Positions 10,953 to 19,861 of a stretch of 64,000 bases of DNA are shown piece after piece. The position numbers and the translations under genes are program-made. The first letter of the stretch is position 1, and every line of letters starts with the position of its first letter. Source of the stretch: Nitrospinales bacterium (GTDB lineage Bacteria; Nitrospinota; Nitrospinia; Nitrospinales; VA-1); contig CBDCWG010000012.1 of the NCBI GenBank assembly GCA_965223345.1, positions 640,001 through 704,000 of the forward strand, given 5' to 3'. Under the pieces are notes generated by a model, which was not told where the DNA came from, made no database searches, and saw nothing but the letters and a program-made list of their open reading frames with translations.

Positions 10953-11837
10953 TCAGCGCGGAAAGCGCTGGGTCTTGGAGAGGCCCTTCTGTCTGAAATC
11001 CTGGCCCTGGATCATCACGAACTTGCACATCTCCGCCAGCCGGGAATAGATGCGGGCGCCGATCTTGTCCTGCAGCCGCTCGCGCGTGTAGCCGTCGGCG
11101 AAACTGGAATCGCCGTTGTCGGAGTAGGAGGGGGCGTCGTGGCGGATCGCCAGCTCGCTGGGATAGTTGGTGGTGAACAGCGTCACCTTGTCGGCGGCGT
11201 TGTAGCGGCTTGAGATCAACTGGTCGAGAACGGTGAGTTCCCATTCGGTGTTTCTGCCTTTGGCCAGCTCGTCGATGACGAGGACGCGGGAACGCAGGTA
11301 AGGATAGAGGATCGCCTGATCGGACAAATCCTGCGAGTAACCGTGGCGGATGTCGGACAGAAGCTGGAAGAAATCCACGAAACGGCAGTCCACCCCGTGC
11401 TGGAGGATGAGGGTTTTCAGGATCGCCACCGAGAGGTGCGTCTTGCCGAGTCCGGGATCGCCCATAAAGACCAATCCTGCATTTTTCTTTCCCTTGCCTT
11501 CCACCCAGTCCTTGACGAAATCCATGGCGATGCGTTTCGCCCGTCCCTGGGACTGTTTGCCCTTGTCGTAGGAATCGAAATCGGCGTTCAGGAACTTTCC
11601 GGGGATGCCGGCGTCGCTGAGGATGCGAAAGCGCTTCTTCATGAGCGTGCAGTCGCAATCGGAGAGAAACGCGACGCCGTTTTCCTTTTCGTAAAACACG
11701 CGTCCCTCGCCGCCGCACAGGCCGCATTGATAGCAGGAACAGGTTTCCGCCTGGACATGGCCTTCGCGATTCAAAAACACGAAGCCCCGTCCCTGGCAGG
11801 ACGTGCACGCATCCAGTTGGGGTTGGACGTTTGGCAT
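10953..11837 (-). CDS. DnaC/DnaI/IstB-like AAA+ ATPase with N-terminal Cys-rich zinc motifs
   Basis: CTSC..CSC..CGLC..CDC; GDPGLGKTHL; LVIDEL; TLFTTN; ARIYSRLAEMC. Confidence 0.9.
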   Translation of the reverse strand: MPNVQPQLDACTSCQGRGFVFLNREGHVQAETCSCYQCGLCGGEGRVFYEKENGVAFLSDCDCTLMKKRFRILSDAGIPGKFLNADFDSYDKGKQSQGRAKRIAMDFVKDWVEGKGKKNAGLVFMGDPGLGKTHLSVAILKTLILQHGVDCRFVDFFQLLSDIRHGYSQDLSDQAILYPYLRSRVLVIDELAKGRNTEWELTVLDQLISSRYNAADKVTLFTTNYPSELAIRHDAPSYSDNGDSSFADGYTRERLQDKIGARIYSRLAEMCKFVMIQGQDFRQKGLSKTQRFPR

Positions 11838-11978
11838 TGAATTTTCAGGTGTTACAGTTGAAGGTGAAACGAATCTATGAGGAAAAGAATAAACTCAAAA
11901 TTGTGGATTTGAGTGATTGTTGTGTGGGAGAAAAAAGCCGGTTGCGTTGATCCGATCTGTAATGATCACGCAAGGATT

Positions 11979-12248
11979 TTACGCCTGCTTGAATTCGCTT
12001 TCAATAAATTTTTCGAGGGAAGAGAGGGAAACCTTTTGCGCAAAGGGTTTCCGATTTCTTTTTTTCTGTTCGTGAAAACCTTTCTCGATGGCGCGGCACA
12101 CGGTGTTGACGGGAATGCCCTGCTGCTCCCAGCGGCTGATGAGATGATAATCGTTGGAAGAGAGGAAAAGGCCGGAATCCTTCAGGGTGAGAAAAAACTT
12201 TTCGACGGCGCTGATGTAGTTCAACGGCTGCTTGTTGAGGAAACCCAC
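11979..12248 (-). CDS. Small protein resembling a DnaD/DnaB_2 domain
   Basis: LSSNDYHLISRWEQQGIPVNTVCRAI pattern; directly upstream of the DnaC-like gene. Confidence 0.55.
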   Translation of the reverse strand: MGFLNKQPLNYISAVEKFFLTLKDSGLFLSSNDYHLISRWEQQGIPVNTVCRAIEKGFHEQKKRNRKPFAQKVSLSSLEKFIESEFKQA

Positions 12249-12427
12249 GTTTCATTCCCGATGGAGGTGCGTTGCTTGCCTTGCGCGCCGTGCGTGCGGC
12301 ACTCAAGGCGGATCGTCTTTTCAGGTTAAGGCATTCGCACTGGCTTTGCAACTTGCGAATGCGGAGTCGCGCTCAGAGCCGCTCCCAGACTGGAGAAGCG
12401 GCCGGGTGCCTGCAACGCCCCCACGCA

Positions 12428-13144
12428 TCAGGACTTGATATCCAGAAGCGTTCCCAAAAGATCGTCCGAGGCTTTGATCACCTTTGCGTTGGCCTTGAAT
12501 GCGGTTTTGGCGACGATCTGGTTCACGGCTTCTTCGGCGAGGTTCACATTGGAGCTTTCCAGCGCACCGGACACCAGCGTGCCGCGGCCTCCGGTTCCCG
12601 GAAGCCCGCTGACGGGCGTCCCCGATGTGGGGGAAGCGGTGAACAGGTTGCCGCCCTGGGCGGTGAGCCCGCCGGGGTTGTTGAAGTCCGCCAGTTCGAT
12701 GTTGCCCAGCGTCACGGAGGTTCCCCCCACCTGTGCGGTGACCTGTCCCGACTGCGACACGCCCACCGAGGTCGCGCCCTGGGGCACGGAGATCGCCGGC
12801 GTCAACGGATCGCCGGACAAGTTGGTCAACTGACCGTTTGCGTCCACTTTGAAGTTGCCGGCGCGGGTGTAGCCGGTGCCGCCGCCGCTCAGGCTCACTT
12901 GAAAAAAGCCGTCGCCGTTGACGGCAAGCGAAAACGGATCGGAAGAGGGGATCAAGGCGCCGGGGCCGGTGCTTTTGCCGATTCCCAATACCTGGGAACC
13001 GCCGGTTGCGTTGTCGGCGATCTGCGCTTCGCCTTTTTTGAATCCCGGCGTTTGCAGATTGGCGACGTTGTTGGCGCTGGTCTCGAGTTTCCTGGACGCG
13101 GTCCTATGACCGGACAGGGCGTTGTACAGGGACTGGATGATCAT
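12428..13144 (-). CDS. Stand-alone flagellar rod/hook-family protein (FlgG-like paralogue)
   Basis: MIIQSLYNALSG, ANNVANLQTPGFK, YTRAGNF, GALESSNVNLAEE. Confidence 0.85.
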   Translation of the reverse strand: MIIQSLYNALSGHRTASRKLETSANNVANLQTPGFKKGEAQIADNATGGSQVLGIGKSTGPGALIPSSDPFSLAVNGDGFFQVSLSGGGTGYTRAGNFKVDANGQLTNLSGDPLTPAISVPQGATSVGVSQSGQVTAQVGGTSVTLGNIELADFNNPGGLTAQGGNLFTASPTSGTPVSGLPGTGGRGTLVSGALESSNVNLAEEAVNQIVAKTAFKANAKVIKASDDLLGTLLDIKS

Positions 13145-13203
13145 GGAAGACCCTTGAATGAGGAACCGGGACGGGGTCGAATGCGTTTGCAACCCCCTGA
13201 ATC

Positions 13204-13716
13204 TCAGTATAGAACCTCGGAGGCGGGGTTCAACGGCATATTGCCGAATCCGCTTTTTTTCAAGGGTTTCAGGGAGAGGGTCATGGCGGTTTCGTCGCAG
13301 TTGTCCTTGTGCAGGCAACCCTCGCAGTCGTTGTAGACTTTCACCGGCAACGACTGCTTGTCGACGATTTGAAAACCGAGCCGGGTGAAAAGATCCACCG
13401 CGTAGGTGAACACGAACAGCGTTTCGCAGCCGGAGACCAGCGCTTCTTCGATGCAGGCGCGCACCAGGGCGCTGCCAATGCCGCGCCGGTAGTGGGTGGG
13501 GTGCACAGCCAGCGAGCGGATTTCCAGCAGCGGCTCCCAACCTGTTTTCAGGCTGCACAGCGCGACGACGCAGCCCTCGTGCTCGGCGACCCAGAACTCG
13601 CCGATGTTGGCGCGGATCTCTTCCAGAGAGCGGGCGAGCATCTGCCCCTGCTCCGCGTACAGAAGAATGAGGCTCTGGATGGCCGCCGCATCTTGAATTG
13701 TGGCTTTTCGGATCAT
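13204..13716 (-). CDS. GNAT N-acetyltransferase, short ArgA-like
   Basis: MIRKATIQD, EIRSLAV...RRGIG, FTYAVDLF..LGF, KVYNDC..C....CDE; near argH. Confidence 0.8.
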   Translation of the reverse strand: MIRKATIQDAAAIQSLILLYAEQGQMLARSLEEIRANIGEFWVAEHEGCVVALCSLKTGWEPLLEIRSLAVHPTHYRRGIGSALVRACIEEALVSGCETLFVFTYAVDLFTRLGFQIVDKQSLPVKVYNDCEGCLHKDNCDETAMTLSLKPLKKSGFGNMPLNPASEVLY

Positions 13717-13735
13717 GCTTTGTTCCTGATTATTC

Positions 13736-14947
13736 TCAAACCGCCTGTTGATCGTCCAGCGCCTCGGCATCGTCGAGGTTGCGGGTCACCGCATCCAGAA
13801 GATCCCGGTGCGAATCCACCGCGTCGCCGGGGTAGGAAGCGGTGGCCAGCTTCATCGCGAGCGCTTCGAACCCCTTCAATTCCGGGAAGCGCAGCCCGGC
13901 CAGCGCGGTCTCGACCCGTTTGGCGACACGCACCGCCCCTGCACGATCGATCTGGGGCAAAAGCGCCAGAAACTCGTCGGTGTCCGTTCGGACCAATGTA
14001 TCGCAGGAGCGGCAGTGGCTTCTGAGAATCTCGCCGATGCTTTTCTGGATGGTTTCTGCGGCGGTGTTCCCCCAAGTATCCAAAAGATCGCTGAAATAGT
14101 CAATGCGGATTTTGATGCAGGACAGGCTTTTCCCGCGCCGTTTCGCCAGATCGAATTCCCTGAACAGCACCGGATCGAGATACGCCCGATTGTACAACCC
14201 CGTGGGCGCGTCGGTGACGCTGCCGGTTTTGAGCCGCTCGATCATCAGGATATGATCGATGGCGATGGCGAGCTTTTCCGCCATGCCCTCGAGAAAATCG
14301 GTGCGCAGGCCGGGGTAAAAATGAAACGCCCGCGTGCTGCCCAGCACGATGGCCCCGGCGATCTCGCCGCGCACGCGGATGGGAATCAGCGCTTCGGAAC
14401 GAATGGACTCGGCCGCTTCGCAATCGGCGAACACTTTGGAATCGTCCTTCACCTCCCCGCGCAGAACCGGCGCACCGCCCTCCTCGAACCAGGCGGCCAC
14501 GGTTTCCGGTGCGACGAACTTCAGCGCCCGGCTGCTGTCGGGACCGCATTTTTCCTGCAGCCGGCTTTCGATGAAATGATCGCCGCCCTCTGTCAGACAC
14601 ACGCGCACGTGCGGAATCGCGAAACGGGTGGTGATCTCCTCTTCCAGCTGGTTCACCAGTTGATCCAGGTTGGAGCTTTTGAGGATCAGCCGTTCGATCT
14701 CGGCGAGGTGCTCCTGAATGGTCTGGTTGGCCTGCGACACCTCCACCAGCCAGTCGAGATGACTTTTCAGATGCTCCTTGTCGTCGTGCGCGCGCTTGAT
14801 GATGCGGTCGGTGAGGCTCACCGTGCCTTTCGGTTCGAGCGGCAGATCGGTTGCGTCGATCGCTTTTATTTTAGCCAGCAGTTCGGGGTAGTCGTTGAAA
14901 AATTCCAAATGCTCGTCGAGGTAAAGGGCGATTTGGTCTTTGTTCAT
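13736..14947 (-). CDS. DUF484/GAF protein fused to a degenerate GGDEF domain
   Basis: N-terminal IALYLDEHLEFF..YPELL; GAF-like SEALIP..GAIVLGS; TDAPTGLYNR, with RTDTDEF in place of RxGGDEF. Confidence 0.8.
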   Translation of the reverse strand: MNKDQIALYLDEHLEFFNDYPELLAKIKAIDATDLPLEPKGTVSLTDRIIKRAHDDKEHLKSHLDWLVEVSQANQTIQEHLAEIERLILKSSNLDQLVNQLEEEITTRFAIPHVRVCLTEGGDHFIESRLQEKCGPDSSRALKFVAPETVAAWFEEGGAPVLRGEVKDDSKVFADCEAAESIRSEALIPIRVRGEIAGAIVLGSTRAFHFYPGLRTDFLEGMAEKLAIAIDHILMIERLKTGSVTDAPTGLYNRAYLDPVLFREFDLAKRRGKSLSCIKIRIDYFSDLLDTWGNTAAETIQKSIGEILRSHCRSCDTLVRTDTDEFLALLPQIDRAGAVRVAKRVETALAGLRFPELKGFEALAMKLATASYPGDAVDSHRDLLDAVTRNLDDAEALDDQQAV

Positions 14948-15061
14948 TGGCGTAACCTGCCTGAAAAAGAATGGATGGATGTCAAACGGGTACAACGAAA
15001 ATGCGTTCGTTTCTTTATGGCACGGTGCGGGCGCCGCTTGCAGCTTGAGCGCACACGCCCA

Positions 15062-15220
15062 TCAATACCCGCCGGGTCGTTTGTCCGAGTAGCCGGGGGC
15101 GCCCCGGGGCGGCGGTTTGCCGTCGCTGGGTTTGGGCGGGGCTTTGTGCCCGCAGGCGGTCACAAACAGCAGCGCCGCCGCAAGCAGCGCGCCCAAAAGC
15201 GAAGCGGAGATTCGTTTCAT
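15062..15220 (-). CDS. Small lipoprotein (YifL/LptM-like)
   Basis: MKRISASLLGALLAAALLFVTA-CGHKAPPKP; lipobox followed by CGxK.P..P. Confidence 0.7.
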   Translation of the reverse strand: MKRISASLLGALLAAALLFVTACGHKAPPKPSDGKPPPRGAPGYSDKRPGGY

Positions 15221-15243
15221 GCTTTTGTTTCCCGGTGAGGGGT

Positions 15244-16653
15244 TCATTTTTTTTTCGTCCGGCTGGTTTTCAATTGCTTCTGCCAGCGCGCGATCTGTTC
15301 GCGCACACGTTTTTTTGCGGTGCCGCCGTAGGATTGTTTGGCGTCGATGGAGTTTTCGATGCGCAGCCGCTCGTAGACATCGCCTGCGATTTTCGGTGAA
15401 ATCTTTTTCAGCTCGGCGAGTGGGATTTCCGCCAGCGTTTTTTTGCGTTTCAGGCACAGCGCCACGGTTTTGCCGGTGATGGCGTGCGCCTCGCGGAACG
15501 GCACGCCCTTCATCGCCAGATAATCGGCGAGGTCGGTGGCGGTCATGAAGCCCTGCGCTTCCAGATCGTCGGGATCGAGTTTTTTGAACTTCGCGGTTTT
15601 CAGCATGCCGTTCATCACGTTGAGCGACATCCGCACGGTGAGCACGCTGTCGAACAACGGTTCTTTGTCCTCCTGCAGATCGCGGTTGTACGCCATCGGC
15701 AAGGATTTCATCAGGGTGAGGAGCGCCACGAGGTTGCCGTACACGCGGCCGGTTTTTCCGCGCACCAGCTCGGCGGGATCGGGATTTTTTTTCTGCGGCA
15801 TGATGCTCGACCCGGTGGAAAACGCATCGGAAAGCTCTATGAAATCGAACTCGCTGGAAGACCACAGGATGATCTCTTCACAAAAACGGCTCAGATGCAT
15901 CATCACGATGGCGGCCGCCGAGAGAAACTCGATGATGAAATCCCGGTCGCCCACCGAATCCATGCTGTTGGCGGACACGGCGGGAAACTTCAGCAGCCGT
16001 GCGGTGTATTTGCGGTCGATGTTGAAATTGGTTCCGGCGAGCGCCGCGGAACCGAGCGGCATCACGTCGATGCGCTTGAGCGCGTCGGCGAGCCGTTCCT
16101 TATCCCGCATCAGCATTTCCAGGTGCGCCAGCAGATGGTGCGAGAGCAGCACCGGCTGCGCCCGTTGCAGGTGCGTGTAGCCGGGCAGGATGTGGCCGAG
16201 GTTTTTCTGCGCCAGCGACAGCAGCGTTTTGCAGAGCTGGGTGATCTCTTTGATGATGGCTGTTGTTTCTTCGCGCAGATACATGCGCACATCGAGACAC
16301 ACCTGATCGTTGCGGCTGCGCGCGGTGTGCAGCTTGCCCGCCACCGGTCCGATCAGCTCGGCCAGCCGGGTTTCGATGTTCATGTGGATGTCTTCCAGAT
16401 CCTCGCGCAGCGGGAAGGTTCCGGCTTCGAATTCCTTGAGGATCTTTTGCAGACCCGAAACGATTTTTTTCGTCTCTGCGGCAGTGAGGATCTTGCATTT
16501 TTCCAGCATTTTGCAATGCGCGATGCTGCCTTCGATGTCGTGGCGGTAGAGCAGGTGGTCGTAGCCGATCGATGCGGAGAATTGCTCCATCAACCGGTCG
16601 GTGGCATCGCTGAATCTGCCGCTCCAAGGCTTTTTCACTGCAAACGCTCCCAA
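15244..16653 (-). CDS. argH: Argininosuccinate lyase
   Basis: WSGRF, HTARSRNDQ, GYTHLQRAQP, GSSIMPQKKNPD, YNRDLQEDK. Confidence 0.98.
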   Translation of the reverse strand: MGAFAVKKPWSGRFSDATDRLMEQFSASIGYDHLLYRHDIEGSIAHCKMLEKCKILTAAETKKIVSGLQKILKEFEAGTFPLREDLEDIHMNIETRLAELIGPVAGKLHTARSRNDQVCLDVRMYLREETTAIIKEITQLCKTLLSLAQKNLGHILPGYTHLQRAQPVLLSHHLLAHLEMLMRDKERLADALKRIDVMPLGSAALAGTNFNIDRKYTARLLKFPAVSANSMDSVGDRDFIIEFLSAAAIVMMHLSRFCEEIILWSSSEFDFIELSDAFSTGSSIMPQKKNPDPAELVRGKTGRVYGNLVALLTLMKSLPMAYNRDLQEDKEPLFDSVLTVRMSLNVMNGMLKTAKFKKLDPDDLEAQGFMTATDLADYLAMKGVPFREAHAITGKTVALCLKRKKTLAEIPLAELKKISPKIAGDVYERLRIENSIDAKQSYGGTAKKRVREQIARWQKQLKTSRTKKK

Positions 16654-16687
16654 AGCTGTTGAGACAATCCGGGGAAAAAGGGGGGAA

Positions 16688-17839
16688 TCACGCGGCCGGG
16701 CGGGGCAGGGTGTTCGAGTGCGGCCGCCATTTGTCCTTCTGCACGATGTTCACCCGGGTTCCTTCGGGAACCATTTTGGCGAGAAAATGCAGGTACCATT
16801 CCTGAATGTTGGGGCAACCGGCGCTGCCGTTTCTCCAGTCGAAATTCTTTTTGTAAAATTCGTTCACTTTGCTCGTGTTGACTCCGTGCAGGCCGTAGCT
16901 GCCGGGAACCTGGGCGCCGATTTTTTTCATCCCCATCCACCAGTGGCCGATCTCGTGGTCCTCGTGCCCGAAGGGAATGGCGCGCACCTTCACCTTGCCG
17001 CCGATCCGTTCCTTCTTGTACCAGGTGGGTTTGTACACCTTGTTCACGATTCTGTATTCGCCGATCGGGGTTTCCTCGCCCGCGCGGCCGAATATCGATT
17101 CGATTTCAAGGATTTCCTCATCGTCGTAATAGACGCGGATCATGCCGCTGTCCACGATGCCTAGAATATACCATAGGTTCGGATCGGATTTGTAACTGGC
17201 GATCTTGCGCTTGTTGAAATACAGGCCCATGTGATCGCCCTTGCGGATGTACTGGGTGTGCGGGTCGTTGTGGACGCGCTTGATGATGTATTTGAGGTTT
17301 TCGGTGACCTTGTTGTTGGCGATCATCTGCTCCACCATCTGGCTGAGCTCCTGGTTGTTTCTTTTGGTCTTGGCGAGCTCCAGGGCGGCGGTCTCCAGAT
17401 CGGTGCGGATGCGTTCGTAGCCTTCTTTCGACGCCAGGCCGATGCGGTTCAGCCCGGCGTAGTAGGCGAAGTCTATCTCGCGGCGGGTTTCCTCATCGAG
17501 CAGAAACTGGTACACCAGCCAGCCTGCGGCGATCAGCATGACCACGGCGGAGGCGGTGATCTTCAGCGTGTCCTTGACCCGTTTGGACAAACGGTAGCGG
17601 GCCACTTCGAATCTGACTTTTTTTTCCTTGTCTTCCAGCGCCAGGAAGCGGGCGTGCTTGAATTTCTGGAAGAGGCGCTGTTCCAGATGGGACCGGTTGC
17701 AGGGGTTGCCCCGGAGTTGTTCGATGACGCGGTAGAGGTTTTCGCGGGTTTTGCGGTCGTAGCTGCCGCGGGGATCCTTGTTGGCAATGAGATTGTAATC
17801 GGTCACCTTGAGGACCGACAGCTTGCTGTTTTCACTCAT
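16688..17839 (-). CDS. Membrane-anchored L,D-transpeptidase (YkuD-like) with cytoplasmic N-terminal domain
   Basis: TM helix ASAVVMLIAAGWLVYQFLL, coiled coil, ETPIGEY, PTW, YGLHG...SAGC catalytic motif. Confidence 0.88.
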   Translation of the reverse strand: MSENSKLSVLKVTDYNLIANKDPRGSYDRKTRENLYRVIEQLRGNPCNRSHLEQRLFQKFKHARFLALEDKEKKVRFEVARYRLSKRVKDTLKITASAVVMLIAAGWLVYQFLLDEETRREIDFAYYAGLNRIGLASKEGYERIRTDLETAALELAKTKRNNQELSQMVEQMIANNKVTENLKYIIKRVHNDPHTQYIRKGDHMGLYFNKRKIASYKSDPNLWYILGIVDSGMIRVYYDDEEILEIESIFGRAGEETPIGEYRIVNKVYKPTWYKKERIGGKVKVRAIPFGHEDHEIGHWWMGMKKIGAQVPGSYGLHGVNTSKVNEFYKKNFDWRNGSAGCPNIQEWYLHFLAKMVPEGTRVNIVQKDKWRPHSNTLPRPAA

Positions 17840-17979
17840 ATGCCAGGATTCAGAGAGGGTCGTTTTTTATTGCCGAGCCGGGGAGTGGGCTCCCGCTCGA
17901 GGGATCGGTGCCTCCTAATGAAGTTATAGTTTAAACAAAATACAGTGATTTTCCAAGTAATTAATCGACAAAACCCTTG

Positions 17980-18540
17980 TTATCCCGTGGATAACAGCCG
18001 TCCCGGTTTGGGCTTGTCCTTGACCTGGAATTCCTGCGGCTGGCGCGGCATGGTGCTTTTGCCCTCGAAGATGGCGCCCATCTCGATGTGGATCGAGGGG
18101 GTCTGGATGGTGCCCTTGAGCGTGCCGCCGTCGGCGATCTTCACCTGGCTGAGCGCCTGCACGTCGCCTTCGATGCGGCCTTCGCAAACCACCGCACCGG
18201 CGGACACGGTGCCGCGCACCCATCCGTCCGGTTCGACGAAGAGGGTTTCCTTGAGGATGATCTCGCCGTCGAAGTGACCGCGCACCCGCATACCGCCGGG
18301 GTGCATGATCCGGCCTTCGGATTCGGTGCCGGCTTCCAGCAGGATGTCGAAGTGGCTGTCGGAGAACTTCTTGTAGATTTTCTTCTCGCGGCTGGTGCAG
18401 CGGTTGAGGTTGTCCGCCAGCTTCTGGATGATGCGGTAGAGGTTCTCGCGGGTGGCGGTTTCGTAAGTACCGCCGGGTTCCTTGTCCTTGATCAGTTCGT
18501 ACTCGGGGCCGGATAAAACTTTGAATTTTTTTCCAAACAT
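17980..18540 (-). CDS. Bactofilin (polymer-forming cytoskeletal protein) with extra N-terminal domain
   Basis: Beta-helix repeats VRGHFDGEI, VRGTVSAGAVVCEGRIEGDV, LKGTIQTPSIHIEMGAIFEGKS. Confidence 0.9.
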   Translation of the reverse strand: MFGKKFKVLSGPEYELIKDKEPGGTYETATRENLYRIIQKLADNLNRCTSREKKIYKKFSDSHFDILLEAGTESEGRIMHPGGMRVRGHFDGEIILKETLFVEPDGWVRGTVSAGAVVCEGRIEGDVQALSQVKIADGGTLKGTIQTPSIHIEMGAIFEGKSTMPRQPQEFQVKDKPKPGRLLSTG

Positions 18541-18544
18541 GGCT

Positions 18545-19861
18545 TCAGTGCACGCTTCCGGAAAGGCGGCCGAGCATTCCCGCCAGACTGGGCTTGCCTT
18601 TCCTTTCGAGGTAATTGAGGATGTCCTTGTTGTCGTCCGCCAGAGTGGGACTGGAATCGTTGCCGGAGACGATGCTTTGCGCGACCAGGTCCATGCGCGC
18701 GCGCAGCGACTTGTCCTTGTTGTAAAACAGGGCGCCGCGGTTGTTGGTGATCTTGATGATTTTGTGTTGAGGCATCATCCCGACGATATGAATCCTGTCT
18801 TTGTATTTCTGGAATTTGTCTAAGGTATCAAGATACTCTCTCAGACGATTTAGGCAAGAAGAAATTTCGTGCGTTTCCTCACATCGGTTGAAGAAAATTC
18901 CGATTTTCTTGTTCCGAAACACTTCGCCCAAAGCGGACGGTCCTTTTTTCGCCACCACGCGGTTCACATACGCTTTGTCGAGGTTTGACAAACGGCTCTT
19001 TTGGTATTCCTCTAAAAATTCCTCGTAATAGTCGATGAAGGTGTGCAGCGCGTCGATGCTGCCGTTGATGGCGATGGTGTTCGACATATCGAACACCAGC
19101 ACGACCTGATCGATGGCGTTCATCAGCGAGGACATGTGGCTGATGCCGCCGGCCGGTGTGTCCAGAATGACGTGCTCGAACTTGTCGAACACACTGTTTA
19201 GAAACTCCAGAAACAATACCAGAAACGCCGGCTCGTTGATGCGCTTGCGGTGCTTCTTTTTGCCCAGCACGGGCACCTCGCCGCCGATGATGGAGAACCC
19301 GTACTCTTCGATGTGGTTGACGAACTCCTCGACGACCGGATGGGAATTGGCCTGGATCTGATCCAGCCGTTTGCGAAAGGCCACGAGATCGATCTTGTCG
19401 AGCAGCGGCTCGAGCTCGCGCAACTGACTGACGGTTTCGATCTTCGAGCGGTTCAAAAACAATTCGTAGATGGTGTCGCCGAATTCGAACTGGGAAAAAT
19501 GAAACAGCTGGGTGCCGAGCGTTTTATATAAGGAAAAACTTTTTGCCAGGTGGCGGTGGTTGCGGTCGATGTCGCCTTGAAAATAATTGTGGAAGGTGAC
19601 GAGGATGCGGTAGAGGGTCTGTAAAAAATCCCCCTGGTAGGTTTTGTTGTCCAGGGTCTCGAACAGATCGAAGAAGGTTTTCTTGGGATGGCTGTCGAGA
19701 ATGCTGGAGACGGTGGGGAGCCGGAGGTCCAGATCCACCAGGCAGACGGGATCTCCGTTTTTATCGTGCTCCAGAGCGCGGGTCAATGCGGCGGCGGTGT
19801 TGATCGATAACGTGGTTTTTCCGATTCCCCCTTTCGGGCCGATGATGCAAACGATGGCCAT
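18545..19861 (-). CDS. ParA/MinD-family ATPase with large insertion
   Basis: Deviant Walker A GPKGGIGKTT, VDLDL, VILDTPAG; 438 aa; amphipathic C-terminus SLAGMLGRLSG. Confidence 0.88.
   Translation of the reverse strand: MAIVCIIGPKGGIGKTTLSINTAAALTRALEHDKNGDPVCLVDLDLRLPTVSSILDSHPKKTFFDLFETLDNKTYQGDFLQTLYRILVTFHNYFQGDIDRNHRHLAKSFSLYKTLGTQLFHFSQFEFGDTIYELFLNRSKIETVSQLRELEPLLDKIDLVAFRKRLDQIQANSHPVVEEFVNHIEEYGFSIIGGEVPVLGKKKHRKRINEPAFLVLFLEFLNSVFDKFEHVILDTPAGGISHMSSLMNAIDQVVLVFDMSNTIAINGSIDALHTFIDYYEEFLEEYQKSRLSNLDKAYVNRVVAKKGPSALGEVFRNKKIGIFFNRCEETHEISSCLNRLREYLDTLDKFQKYKDRIHIVGMMPQHKIIKITNNRGALFYNKDKSLRARMDLVAQSIVSGNDSSPTLADDNKDILNYLERKGKPSLAGMLGRLSGSVH

Noticed and set aside
10953..11837. IstB-like ATPase as an IS21 element
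   Set aside because: No IstA transposase or terminal inverted repeats seen.
15018..15032. TGGCACGGTGCGGGC as a sigma-54 promoter
   Set aside because: Lacks TTGC at -12 and points antisense to the surrounding genes.
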